Notes: generated from the letters alone by a model not told the origin. Counted from the first letter of the stretch, positions 49,602 through 58,624 are shown. The stretch is 64,000 bases of DNA from Candidatus Latescibacterota bacterium (GCA_965208835.1 OZ242358.1:2240001-2304000), one strand, 5' to 3'. Made by a program: numbers and translations.

Positions 49602-50903
49602 ATGGTGGGTCGAATGACGCATGGGCTCTTTTTATTGTTTCTCTTACCGGCCGGCATTCACGCCGACAACTGGCCGCAGTGGCGCGGTCCTCAGCAGAAC
49701 GGAGTGAGTTCGGCCCGGAATCTTCCCGCGTCGTGGAGCCTGGAAAAAAATATCGTCTGGAAGGCGGAGCTGCCGTCGTGGAGCGGCAGCACGCCCATTG
49801 TCTGGAACGATCGCATCTTTCTGATGTCTCCATCGCCTGCGCGCACGCCGGAGGAACGGGAACCTGGCGGTCCTGAGATATTCATTCTATGCCTGTCCAG
49901 AAAGGACGGCGGTGAACGCTGGCGGCGCAAATTGGACGAAGGCAACGATCTGTGGCGCAAGCACAACAATACGTCGCCTTCGCCCGTCACGGACGGCGCG
50001 CACGTGTGGGCCGTTACGGGGAATGGCGTTGTCGCGTGTCTTAACATGGACGGAAAGGTGGTGTGGACCCGCGACATTCAGAGGGACTACGGCGAATTCG
50101 GCCTGAATTTCGGGTATGCGTCCTCGCCGATTCTGTACGATGGCAAGCTCATCCTTCAGGTGCTTCACGGATCGTACACCGATGAACCCTCGTACATCGT
50201 CGCGCTGGATGCCGGGAGCGGTAAGGAAATCTGGCGCGAAATGCGCGCGACCGACGCCTCCAGGGAGTCTCCGGATTCGTACACGACCCCCGTGCTTCTG
50301 AATCTTTCCGGCGGCACTCAGATTGTCGTAACCGGCGGGGATTGCGTGACCGGGCACGATCCGGCCACGGGACGTGAAATCTGGCGGGCTGATGGCCTGA
50401 ATCCGGAGCGGCGGGGGAACTACCGCATCGTAGCGTCTCCCGTTGTCGTCGATGATATGATCTACGCGCCGACCCGGCGGCGTCCCTTGCTCGCCTTGGC
50501 TGGCGGCGGGACCGGCGATGTCTCCGGAAATGTGAAATGGAAGTGGGAAGGCGCGGCCGCTCCGGATGTGCCCACGCCGGTCTGTGACGGGAGGTATTTT
50601 TACATGGTTGACGATCGCGGCCTGGCCACGTGTCTCGATGCGAAGACCGGCGCCGTCGTCTGGGGGCCCGAGAGAACCGCGCAGGGTACGGTGAGCGCGT
50701 CGCCGCATCTCGCTGACGGCAAATTGTTCCTGCTGAACGAATATGCCGTGACGACCGTCCTGGCCGCCGGCCCGAAGTTCAAAGTCCTCGCTACAAATGA
50801 ACTTGACGATACGTACACGCTGTCATCTCCCGTTTCCTCCGGATCTCAGCTCTTTATGAGGACGGCAACGCATTTGTACTGCATCGGCAATTTAGCCGAA
50901 TGA
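49602..50903 (+). CDS. secreted PQQ-like beta-propeller protein
   Basis: Signal peptide then NWPQWRGP; repeated SSP/TP and TGxxxW blades. Confidence 0.9.
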   Translation: MVGRMTHGLFLLFLLPAGIHADNWPQWRGPQQNGVSSARNLPASWSLEKNIVWKAELPSWSGSTPIVWNDRIFLMSPSPARTPEEREPGGPEIFILCLSRKDGGERWRRKLDEGNDLWRKHNNTSPSPVTDGAHVWAVTGNGVVACLNMDGKVVWTRDIQRDYGEFGLNFGYASSPILYDGKLILQVLHGSYTDEPSYIVALDAGSGKEIWREMRATDASRESPDSYTTPVLLNLSGGTQIVVTGGDCVTGHDPATGREIWRADGLNPERRGNYRIVASPVVVDDMIYAPTRRRPLLALAGGGTGDVSGNVKWKWEGAAAPDVPTPVCDGRYFYMVDDRGLATCLDAKTGAVVWGPERTAQGTVSASPHLADGKLFLLNEYAVTTVLAAGPKFKVLATNELDDTYTLSSPVSSGSQLFMRTATHLYCIGNLAE

Positions 50904-50935
50904 GAATTGATCTTCTTTGGGAATTCTGATAGGCG

Positions 50936-50963
50936 TTGACACTGTGGTGCAGAATCATATATT
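50936..50963 (+). promoter_or_regulatory. sigma70-type promoter
   Basis: TTGACA-16 nt-TATATT. Confidence 0.6.
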
Positions 50964-51008
50964 GGTGCCGTTTCTGATAGGGAACCGGATTCGGACAAGG
51001 GAGGTTCT

Positions 51009-52178
51009 ATGGCCACGCGACTGAATATCGGTCTTCTGGGATATTCGTTCATGGGCAAGGCGCACACGAACGCGTTCCGCAAGGTACCGATGTTCTTTCC
51101 CGATACGGGCGTCGAACCGGTCATGAAGGTGATCTGCGGTTCAAACAGGGAAAACGTGGCGGCGGCCGCGCGTACGTTCGGATGGGAGGAGCACGATACG
51201 GACTGGGAGAACGTGGTCGCCCGCGACGATATCGACGTAATCGATATCTGCACCCCAGGGAATCTGCATATGCCGATGGCGATCGCCGCCCTCGAAGCCG
51301 GCAAGCATGTCATCTGCGAGAAGCCGCTCGCAAATAACCTGGACGAAGCCAGGGCCATGCTGCGGGCCGCGGAGAACGCCAACGCGAAGACCATGGTCGC
51401 TTACAACTACCGGCGCGTTCCGGCTGTCGCACTGGCCAGACAGCTGATAGAAGAGGGCCGGCTCGGACAGATCTATCACTGGCGGGCGGTGTATCTGCAG
51501 GACTGGATCATCGACCCGGATTTCCCGATGGTCTGGCGTTTCGAGAAGGACAAGGCGGGTTCCGGGCCGCATGGGGATTTGAATGCGCACATTATCGACC
51601 TGGCGCTGCATCTCGTAGGAGACATCCAGTCCGTCGTGGCCGCCGATACGACGTTTATCAAAGAACGTCCGCTGGCGGATTCGATCGACGCGTCTCTGGG
51701 GGCCACAGGCGGGAAATCGGACCGGATGGGAACGGTCACGGTGGACGACGCGACGCTGTTCCTGGCGCGATTCGGAAACGGCGCCCTGGGTTCGTTCGAA
51801 GCGACCCGGTTTGCGGCGGGCAGGCGCAACCACAACCGGTTCGAAATCAACGGAAGCAAGGGAAGTATCGCGTTCAATCTGGAAAAAATGAACGAACTGC
51901 AGTTCTATTCCCGCGAGGACGAAGGGCATATCCAGGGTTTCCGCGAGATTATTGTGAATGAAGGGGTACATCCGTACATATCGGCCTGGTGGCCGCCGGG
52001 CCATATCGTCGGGTGGGAGCATACGTTCGTGCACGAGGTAAAGGACTTTTTCGAGGCGATCGTCAACGACCGGGAGGCTTCACCGAATTTCAGGGAAGGC
52101 GCGCGGGTCCAGGCTGTACTGGAGGCGGCCAGCGAATCGGCGAAATCAGACCGGTGGCGGGATGTCCCGGAAGTATAA
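51009..52178 (+). CDS. Gfo/Idh/MocA oxidoreductase, levoglucosan dehydrogenase-like subgroup
   Basis: FMGKAH...PMFF, CEKPLA, NYRRVPAVALA, YLQDW, WRF, GSGPHGDLNAH. Confidence 0.9.
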   Translation: MATRLNIGLLGYSFMGKAHTNAFRKVPMFFPDTGVEPVMKVICGSNRENVAAAARTFGWEEHDTDWENVVARDDIDVIDICTPGNLHMPMAIAALEAGKHVICEKPLANNLDEARAMLRAAENANAKTMVAYNYRRVPAVALARQLIEEGRLGQIYHWRAVYLQDWIIDPDFPMVWRFEKDKAGSGPHGDLNAHIIDLALHLVGDIQSVVAADTTFIKERPLADSIDASLGATGGKSDRMGTVTVDDATLFLARFGNGALGSFEATRFAAGRRNHNRFEINGSKGSIAFNLEKMNELQFYSREDEGHIQGFREIIVNEGVHPYISAWWPPGHIVGWEHTFVHEVKDFFEAIVNDREASPNFREGARVQAVLEAASESAKSDRWRDVPEV

Positions 52179-52247
52179 AGCCCTGCATTCGCCTGCGTGC
52201 ATCGCATTAGACGCGGGAGCCGGGGGCAGCTGGAAGGAGCAACGGTT

Positions 52248-53246
52248 ATGGCGAGACCATGTACTTTGTTTACGGGTCAGTGGGCAGACCTCCCCCTCGA
52301 GGCGATGGCGGAGAAAGCCGCAGAGTTCGGATACGACGGTTTGGAGCTGGCATGCTGGGGAGACCATCTGGACGTCCGTGAAGCGGCCTCCAGCGACGGC
52401 TATTGCCGGAGCCGTCACGAGATCCTGGAAAAGCACGGGCTGAAGTTCTGGGCCATCAGCAATCACCTCGCGGGGCAGGCGATTTGCGACATTATCGACG
52501 AGCGCCACCAGTCGATACTGCCGCCGCACGTGTGGGGCGATGGCAATCCGGAAGGCGTGAAACGCCGCGCGGCCGAAGACATGATAACGTCGGCGGAGGC
52601 GGCAAGGGCGCTGGGCGTCAGCGTGGTGAACGGGTTTACGGGATCGTCCATCTGGCATCTGCTGTATTCGTTTCCGCCGGTGTCGCCGGATGCGATTGAC
52701 GCGGGTTTCAGGGACTTCGCGGATCGATGGAATCCCATTCTCGATGCGTTTGCGAAGAACGACGTCCGGTTCGCCCTGGAGGTGCATCCCACGGAAATCG
52801 CGTTCGATACCGCCTCGGCCGCACGGGCGGTAGCGGCGCTGGGTGGCAGGAGCGAGTTCGGATTCAATTACGATCCGAGCCACCTCGTTTATCAGAACGT
52901 CGACTACGTGGCGTTCATCCGGGAGTTCAAGGATCGCATCTACCACGTGCATATGAAAGACGCGTACCTGTCGCCGCTGCCCACGCGAGCGGGGATTTTC
53001 GGCGGTCACACCGAGTTTGGCGACCCCGATCGCTCCTGGGACTTCCGATCCCTGGGCCGTGGCAGCGTGGACTTCGAAGAGATCATTCGCGCGTTGAACG
53101 ACATTGGCTACGGCGGGCCCCTGTCGGTGGAGTGGGAAGATTCCGGTATGGACCGGGAACACGGGGCCGCCGAAGCGTGTGCCTTCGTAAACAGCGTAGA
53201 TTTCGAACCGTCGGCCGTGGCGTTCGACGCGGCGTTCGCGGAATAG
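52248..53246 (+). CDS. sugar phosphate isomerase/epimerase family protein (possible keto-sugar hydratase)
   Basis: [39 protein letters not shown]. Confidence 0.9.
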   Translation: MARPCTLFTGQWADLPLEAMAEKAAEFGYDGLELACWGDHLDVREAASSDGYCRSRHEILEKHGLKFWAISNHLAGQAICDIIDERHQSILPPHVWGDGNPEGVKRRAAEDMITSAEAARALGVSVVNGFTGSSIWHLLYSFPPVSPDAIDAGFRDFADRWNPILDAFAKNDVRFALEVHPTEIAFDTASAARAVAALGGRSEFGFNYDPSHLVYQNVDYVAFIREFKDRIYHVHMKDAYLSPLPTRAGIFGGHTEFGDPDRSWDFRSLGRGSVDFEEIIRALNDIGYGGPLSVEWEDSGMDREHGAAEACAFVNSVDFEPSAVAFDAAFAE

Positions 53247-53370
53247 CAGACGGATGTTCGACTCACGCATACCGTCCCGGAGATAGATTGCCGAATGGCG
53301 ACTCGCTTTCGGGACGCGGGACTCGCGGTCAGCAGGGCGTGTCATCAGGCCTGCCGGCCGCTTTTTCTTA

Positions 53371-53532
53371 GAAGCTGTGTTGGAATTCCCGGTGCGTTCC
53401 CGAGCGCGAGCGAAAGCGTGTCGGTCCAGGCGGGCGAATTCGCCCGTATCTGTGGATAGGTGCGGATTCAACCAACACAGACCGACGCGTTTGCAGCCGC
53501 GCGAAGACCGCTGGGGATTTTCATACTGTTTC
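53371..53532. mobile_element. MITE family B copy (degenerate TIRs)
   Basis: GAAGCTGTG...CCCGAGCGCGAGCGAAA...TTTGCAGCCGCGCGAAGACCGCTGGGGATTTT...CTGTTTC, ending just before the dppA SD. Confidence 0.8.
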
Positions 53533-53547
53533 GGAGGGAGATCGTCA

Positions 53548-55110
53548 ATGTGGATGCGTTTTCTGCTTCTGTTCCTGGTGCCGGTACTCGTCGCCTGCGA
53601 GGCCGAACGCCCCAGGACCCTGGTGTTCGGCAGGGGCGGCGATACCGTGGGGCTGGATCCCGCGCTGGAGACCGATGGCGAATCATTCAAGGTCTGCGAC
53701 AATATATACGACAACCTTGTAACCTTCCAGGCGGAAAATACCGAGTTGGCGCCGGGTCTGGCGGAGTCCTGGACGGCATCGGACGACCTCAGAACGTGGA
53801 CGTTTAAACTCAGGCGGAACGTCGTGTTCCACGACGGCACTCCGTTCACCGCGGATGCGGTCGTGTTCTCGCTTGCCCGGCAGTTTAAGCCCGACCATCC
53901 CTTTCACCGCGTGGAGGGCGCGTTTCAGTATTGGAACAGTATGTCGATGAGCGAGATTGTCAGCGATGTGAAGAAAGTGGACGATCATACGGTTTCCATT
54001 GAGCTGACGCGTCCCAATGCGCCGTTTCTGTCGAATCTCGCGATGAATTTCTGCGGGATCGTGAGTCCCTCCGCCGTACGGAAACACGGCGCCGACTTTC
54101 CCCGGCACCCCGTTGGCACGGGTCCGTTTCGATTTGTGCAGTGGATAAAGGACGACCGCGTGGTGCTGGAGAGAAATCCCAGTTATTGGGGCGATGCGCC
54201 TCAGATCGACAGGCTGATCTTCAGAAGCATTCCGGAGAACTCCGTGCGTCTGATCGCGCTCATCCAGGGTTCGATAGACGGTATGGATCATCTGGTACCT
54301 GACTTTATCCCCAATATCAAAAAGCATCCGAGCCTTCGGCTTCTGACCCAGCCGGGAATGAATGTCGGGTACATGGCCATGAACATGGATCGCGCGCCGT
54401 TCCACCTTCTCAAGGTGCGAAGGGCGGTCAACCACGCCGTCAACAAACAGGCGCTGGTGGACAATCTGTATCAGGGTCTTGCGTTGCCGGCGGTCAACCC
54501 GATTCCACCGTCGATGTGGAGCTATCACGAAGGGATCGAAGGATACGGCTACGATCCGGATCGGGCCCGGGAGCTATTGGCCGAGGCCGGTTATGCGGAA
54601 GGATTCAAGACCACGCTGTGGGCCATGCCGGTGCCGCGTCCGTATATGCCTCAGCCCAGGAAGATCGCTCAGGCTATTCAGGCCGACCTGCAGGCCGTCG
54701 GAATCCAGGCCGAGATCGTGAGCTATGAATGGGGAACCTATCTGGACAAGGTTTCGAGAGGGCAGCACGATATGGCGCTCCTGGGCTGGACGGGCGACAA
54801 CGGCGACCCGGACAATTTCCTATACGTACTGCTCGATAAAAGCGCGACGCAGCAGCCCGCGAATAACATCGCGTTCTACCGCAGCGACGACCTGCACGAG
54901 GTGCTCGTGCGGGCGCAGCGGGAAGTGGACGCAGGCATTCGGACCGGGCTCTACCGGAAGGCGCAGGAGATCGTGTTCCAGGATGCGCCCTGGGTGCCGC
55001 TCGTGCACGCGGCGCAAACCGCCGCATTCAAGAAGACCGTGAGCGGCTTCACGCTTCATCCCACCGGAAGCAAGTGGTTCCAGAACGTGCGGATCGCCGA
55101 AACGGAGTGA
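53548..55110 (+). CDS. dppA: dipeptide ABC transporter substrate-binding lipoprotein
   Basis: Lipobox LVAC; LDPA, FHDGTPFTADAV, PVGTGPF, AMPVPRPY, GWTGDNGDPDNF. Confidence 0.9.
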   Translation: MWMRFLLLFLVPVLVACEAERPRTLVFGRGGDTVGLDPALETDGESFKVCDNIYDNLVTFQAENTELAPGLAESWTASDDLRTWTFKLRRNVVFHDGTPFTADAVVFSLARQFKPDHPFHRVEGAFQYWNSMSMSEIVSDVKKVDDHTVSIELTRPNAPFLSNLAMNFCGIVSPSAVRKHGADFPRHPVGTGPFRFVQWIKDDRVVLERNPSYWGDAPQIDRLIFRSIPENSVRLIALIQGSIDGMDHLVPDFIPNIKKHPSLRLLTQPGMNVGYMAMNMDRAPFHLLKVRRAVNHAVNKQALVDNLYQGLALPAVNPIPPSMWSYHEGIEGYGYDPDRARELLAEAGYAEGFKTTLWAMPVPRPYMPQPRKIAQAIQADLQAVGIQAEIVSYEWGTYLDKVSRGQHDMALLGWTGDNGDPDNFLYVLLDKSATQQPANNIAFYRSDDLHEVLVRAQREVDAGIRTGLYRKAQEIVFQDAPWVPLVHAAQTAAFKKTVSGFTLHPTGSKWFQNVRIAETE

Positions 55111-55168
55111 ACGCGCCGGTACGTCCGCATGGCGACTCCGTTCCGGAACCTGCGAGGCAATACGCGTG

Positions 55169-56182
55169 ATGGGCGTCTACATCCTGAAACGTCTGTTTCT
55201 TCTCTTCCCCATGCTGCTGGGAATCGTCGTCCTGGTTTTCCTGATGATTCATTTCGTGCCGGGCGATCCGGCGCAGGTGATGCTGGGCGAGCGGGCCAGC
55301 GCGGAGCAGGTGGCTGAGTTGCGCAGGCAACTGGGGCTGGATCAGGAGTTGCACGTTCAGCTCGGACTGTACCTGTGGGGACTTGTGCAGGGCGATCTGG
55401 GCCGTTCCTTCAAGTCCCACGCGAAGGTGTCGTCCGAGTTGCTGGCCAGGTTTCCCGCGACGCTTGAACTCACGTTGATCAGCATGTTGCTGGCCTGCGG
55501 GGTCGGGATCATTGCGGGCGTGGTATCGGCATCCCGCAAGGGAACGGTCATGGATTATCTTGGCATGACGGTTTCCCTCGCGGGACTGTCGATGCCGATC
55601 TTCTGGCTGGGCCTGATGGTCATTCTGGTGATGTCGGTCTTTCTTGGGCTATTCCCCGTGTCGGGGCGGCTCAGCACCCATCTCTTCATTCCCAGGGTGA
55701 CCGGACTCTATCTGATTGACAGTCTGCTGGCCGGGGACTTGAGGGCCTTTGTCGACGCCGTCTGGCATCTCGCGCTGCCCGGTCTTACGCTGGCCACGGT
55801 GCCGATGGCGGTGATCGCGCGGATGACGCGCTCCAGCCTCCTCGATGTACTCAAGGAAGATTACGTACGAACGGCGTGGGCGAAGGGACTTTCGGAACGG
55901 ATCGTCATCTTCCGGCACGCCCTGAAGAATGCGTTTATTCCAGTTTTGACAGTAATAAGCCTGCAGTTCGGGTTTCTGCTCGGAGGCGCCGTCATTACGG
56001 AGACGATCTTCGCCTGGCCCGGGGTGGGGCGGTGGCTGCTGCTGGCGGTCTATTCGAGGGACTTCAGGGCCGTTCAGGGCGGGGTGCTGCTGGTTGCGCT
56101 GATGTTTGCGCTGATCAATCTCATCGCGGACGTGATGTACGCGTGGCTGGATCCGCGCATCAGACACCGGGAAAATGCATGA
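55169..56182 (+). CDS. dppB: dipeptide ABC transporter permease
   Basis: PGDPA, RFPATLEL, SMPIFWLG, DYVRTAWAKG, LDPRI. Confidence 0.92.
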   Translation: MGVYILKRLFLLFPMLLGIVVLVFLMIHFVPGDPAQVMLGERASAEQVAELRRQLGLDQELHVQLGLYLWGLVQGDLGRSFKSHAKVSSELLARFPATLELTLISMLLACGVGIIAGVVSASRKGTVMDYLGMTVSLAGLSMPIFWLGLMVILVMSVFLGLFPVSGRLSTHLFIPRVTGLYLIDSLLAGDLRAFVDAVWHLALPGLTLATVPMAVIARMTRSSLLDVLKEDYVRTAWAKGLSERIVIFRHALKNAFIPVLTVISLQFGFLLGGAVITETIFAWPGVGRWLLLAVYSRDFRAVQGGVLLVALMFALINLIADVMYAWLDPRIRHRENA

Positions 56183-57081
56183 ACCGGTCATTCCATCCGG
56201 ACGGAGGAACGGGTGTTGGAGCCGCCGGATCACAGGTCCTGGCGGGCGCCGGCTGGGGCGGTCTGTTCTGGAAGCGGCTCCTGAAGAACCGGCTGGCGGC
56301 TGCGGGCGGCGTCCTGCTGCTGGGATTCCTGCTGCTCGCCATCGCGGCGCCCCTGGCAGCGCCGCAGGATCCCTTTGCTCAGAATCTGTACGAACGCCTC
56401 CAGCCGCCTTCGCTGGCGAATCCGTTCGGTACGGATGACTTCGGAAGAGATGTCCTGAGTCGCGTCATTCACGGCGCGCGGATTTCGCTGCGGGTGGGGG
56501 TTACCGCCGTGCTGATCGCGCTGGTCCTGGGCGTTCCGATCGGACTCGTCTCGGGGTACTGGGGCGGCGCGATGGATCAGGTGTTGATGCGGGCGATGGA
56601 CCTGATGCTCGCATTTCCCAGCATCCTCCTGGCCATCGCCATTGTTGCGATCCTGGGACCGGGATTGGAGAATGCGATGCTGGCGGTGGGAGTCGTCGCG
56701 GTGCCCCAGTACGCCCGACTGGTGCGGGCATCGGCGCTGTCCGTGCGTGGACAGGACTACGTTCACGCAATGCGTGCGCTTGGCGCGGGAGATTTCCATA
56801 TCCTGTTCTTTTCAGTTCTCCCGAACTGCCTGACGCCCCTGATCGTGCAGTCCACGCTGGGTCTGGCGACCGCCATTCTCGATGCTGCGGGCCTGAGCTT
56901 CCTTGGACTGGGCGCGCAGCCGCCCTTGCCGGAGTGGGGCGCCATGCTCACCGGCGGGCGGGAACTTGTTCTGCGGGCGCCGTGGGTATTGACGTTTCCG
57001 GGCGTGGCGATCTTCCTGACTGTATTGGCATTCAATCTGCTTGGAGATGGATTGCGCGACGCCCTGGATCCCAGGACCTGA
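56179..57081 (+). CDS. dppC: dipeptide ABC transporter permease
   Basis: GTDDFGRD, LSFLGLGAQPPLPEWG, NLLGDGLRDALDP. Confidence 0.92.
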   Translation: MNRSFHPDGGTGVGAAGSQVLAGAGWGGLFWKRLLKNRLAAAGGVLLLGFLLLAIAAPLAAPQDPFAQNLYERLQPPSLANPFGTDDFGRDVLSRVIHGARISLRVGVTAVLIALVLGVPIGLVSGYWGGAMDQVLMRAMDLMLAFPSILLAIAIVAILGPGLENAMLAVGVVAVPQYARLVRASALSVRGQDYVHAMRALGAGDFHILFFSVLPNCLTPLIVQSTLGLATAILDAAGLSFLGLGAQPPLPEWGAMLTGGRELVLRAPWVLTFPGVAIFLTVLAFNLLGDGLRDALDPRT

Positions 57082-57099
57082 CGTGGCTGGAGAAAGCCT

Positions 57100-57128
57100 T
57101 TGACTTCCGCATTCCTGTAGCGTATATT
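57100..57128 (+). promoter_or_regulatory. sigma70-type promoter of the candidate ncRNA
   Basis: TTGACT-17 nt-TATATT. Confidence 0.75.
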
Positions 57129-57155
57129 CGGCTTACACGGAAAGGAGGTGGTCAA

Positions 57156-57191
57156 ATGAGCGAAACGACCAGTGGAGGTGGCTGTAGTTAG
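57156..57191 (+). CDS. small ORF MSETTSGGGCS
   Basis: ATG 7 nt after GGAGG, within GAAAGGAGGTGGTC. Confidence 0.45.
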   Translation: MSETTSGGGCS

Positions 57192-57333
57192 GTGCGCTGC
57201 CGGGTGCGGGAGAACATCTCGTCTGGTAACGCGCCTGGCGAATCTAAGCAGCCATCGAAAGACAGGCGATCCGTCGTCCCGACGGGCCCCGGCGATTGCA
57301 GGGGCGCCGTGAGATGGAAGCCGTCTCAAAAGT

Positions 57334-57390
57334 TGCGCCGTGAGGAGATGTGGCCGGAGTACCGGCTCCCGAATCGCGGCGCATTTTTTT
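57334..57390 (+). terminator. intrinsic terminator-like compound hairpin
   Basis: TGCGCCGTGA pairs with TCGCGGCGCA, followed by TTTTTTT. Confidence 0.7.
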
Positions 57391-57409
57391 GTAAGGTAAG
57401 GGTTTGTGC

Positions 57410-57438
57410 TTGACAAAATCACGCTGGCTTTATATTTT
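57410..57438 (+). promoter_or_regulatory. rplM operon promoter
   Basis: TTGACA-17 nt-TATTTT. Confidence 0.65.
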
Positions 57439-57519
57439 TTGAGGCTTGACATTGCGTGGAATTGTCATGGAGAGGGGGTGAGTTCGAATTCGGCGTCAAT
57501 GTGGACGCCGTTCGGATTT

Positions 57520-57954
57520 ATGAATACGCCAAGCGCTAAAAAATCTGACGTCGAACGCAAGTGGTTTCTCGCTGATGCCGAGGGTAAGGTGCTGGGTCGT
57601 TTTGCGAGCGAGGTTGCCCGGATCCTGATGGGCAAACACAAACCGTATTATACGTCCCACGTGGATACCGGCGATCATGTCATCGTGGTCAACTCCGACA
57701 AGCTTATGGTCAAAGGCGCCAACAAACCCGATCAGAAGGTCTATACACGCTTCAGCGGATATCCTGGCGGCCTGAAGACCAAAACCCTGAAGCGAGCGCT
57801 CGAAACACAGCCTGAGTTTGTGCTGGAACATGCGATACGGGGAATGTTGCCACGCACGAAACTTGGGCGCAGAATGATGAAGAAGGTCCGAATTTACGCT
57901 GGATCCGATCATCCGCATGGGAGTCAGGTGCCTGAAGCGATCGACCTTGCCTGA
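57520..57954 (+). CDS. rplM: 50S ribosomal protein L13
   Basis: KWFLADA, VLGR, GKHKP, DTGDHVIVVN, SGYPGGLK, GMLP. Confidence 0.98.
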   Translation: MNTPSAKKSDVERKWFLADAEGKVLGRFASEVARILMGKHKPYYTSHVDTGDHVIVVNSDKLMVKGANKPDQKVYTRFSGYPGGLKTKTLKRALETQPEFVLEHAIRGMLPRTKLGRRMMKKVRIYAGSDHPHGSQVPEAIDLA

Positions 57955-57998
57955 ATTCCGCCGTATCAAAGCGTCGTTGAACGAGAGGAGGTAGGGTC

Positions 57999-58391
57999 TT
58001 GGCAGAGATCCTTGCTTCTGCCAGAGGCCGGCGCAAGTCGGCAACGGCAAACGTAAAGCTTTTTCCCGGATCCGGAGAAGTAACCATCAACGGCAGGCCG
58101 ATTCTGGATTATCTGAAGCGCGAGACGCTGGTGATGATCGTCGAGCAGCCGCTGGCGGTTACGGAAACGACCGGACAATTCAACATCGTCGCCAGCACCA
58201 AGGGCGGCGGTCTCAGCGGTCAGGCAGGGGCCGTTCGACTGGGTATCGCCCGCGGCCTGCTCGCCCTGAACGAAGACCTCAAGACGCCGCTGCGCGAGGC
58301 CGGGCTTTTAACCCGCGATGCGCGAGAGGTGGAGCGAAAGAAGCCGGGTCGCCCCGGGGCGCGCAAACGGTTCCAGTTTTCCAAACGTTAA
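57999..58391 (+). CDS. rpsI: 30S ribosomal protein S9
   Basis: GRRKSA, GGGLSGQAGA, LTRDAREVERKK, FQFSKR. Confidence 0.98.
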   Translation: MAEILASARGRRKSATANVKLFPGSGEVTINGRPILDYLKRETLVMIVEQPLAVTETTGQFNIVASTKGGGLSGQAGAVRLGIARGLLALNEDLKTPLREAGLLTRDAREVERKKPGRPGARKRFQFSKR

Positions 58392-58443
58392 CCGGTTGTT
58401 GTTTTGTTTTTGGCGTGTTGCGCACGTGGCGACGCGCCTATTT

Positions 58444-58520
58444 CACATGTGTCCCGACCTCAGGCCGGGTGTCGGTATCCGACTGGTCTGTGGAATGACG
58501 GTCACAGAGGATCAACCAGA
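58444..58520 (+). promoter_or_regulatory. probable rpsB (S2) autoregulatory leader
   Basis: CACA...GCCGGGTGT...GAGGATCAACC resembles the GGGGU and GAGGCAUAACC elements of known rpsB leaders. Confidence 0.5.
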
Positions 58521-58527
58521 GGTATAT

Positions 58528-58611
58528 GAAGCTGTATTGAAATTACTGGTGAGTTGCCGACCGGCGCCTTTGCAGCCGCGCGAAGACCGCTGGGGATTTT
58601 AAGACAGCTTC
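58528..58611. mobile_element. short MITE family B copy in the rpsB 5' UTR
   Basis: GAAGCTGTATTGAAATT ... GGATTTTAAGACAGCTTC. Confidence 0.85.
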
Positions 58612-58624
58612 TCAGGAGGATTGT

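Larger units (their letters stand above)
57135..57390 (+). ncRNA. candidate structured RNA with extended SD and 11-codon ORF
   Basis: Own promoter and U7 terminator, several hairpins and long-range pairings; family not recognised. Confidence 0.6.

Noticed and set aside
57139-57153. Fragment of a minus-strand 16S rRNA 3' end
   Set aside because: Similarity stops after about 15 nt and no helix 45 or other rRNA sequence flanks it.
57135-57390. tmRNA, SRP RNA or RNase P RNA
   Set aside because: No GGGG 5' acceptor stem, T-arm or CCA end, and the ORF has its own SD/ATG and does not end in AA. No SRP GGAA/AGCAG helix-8 motif and no RNase P GAGGAAAGUCC.
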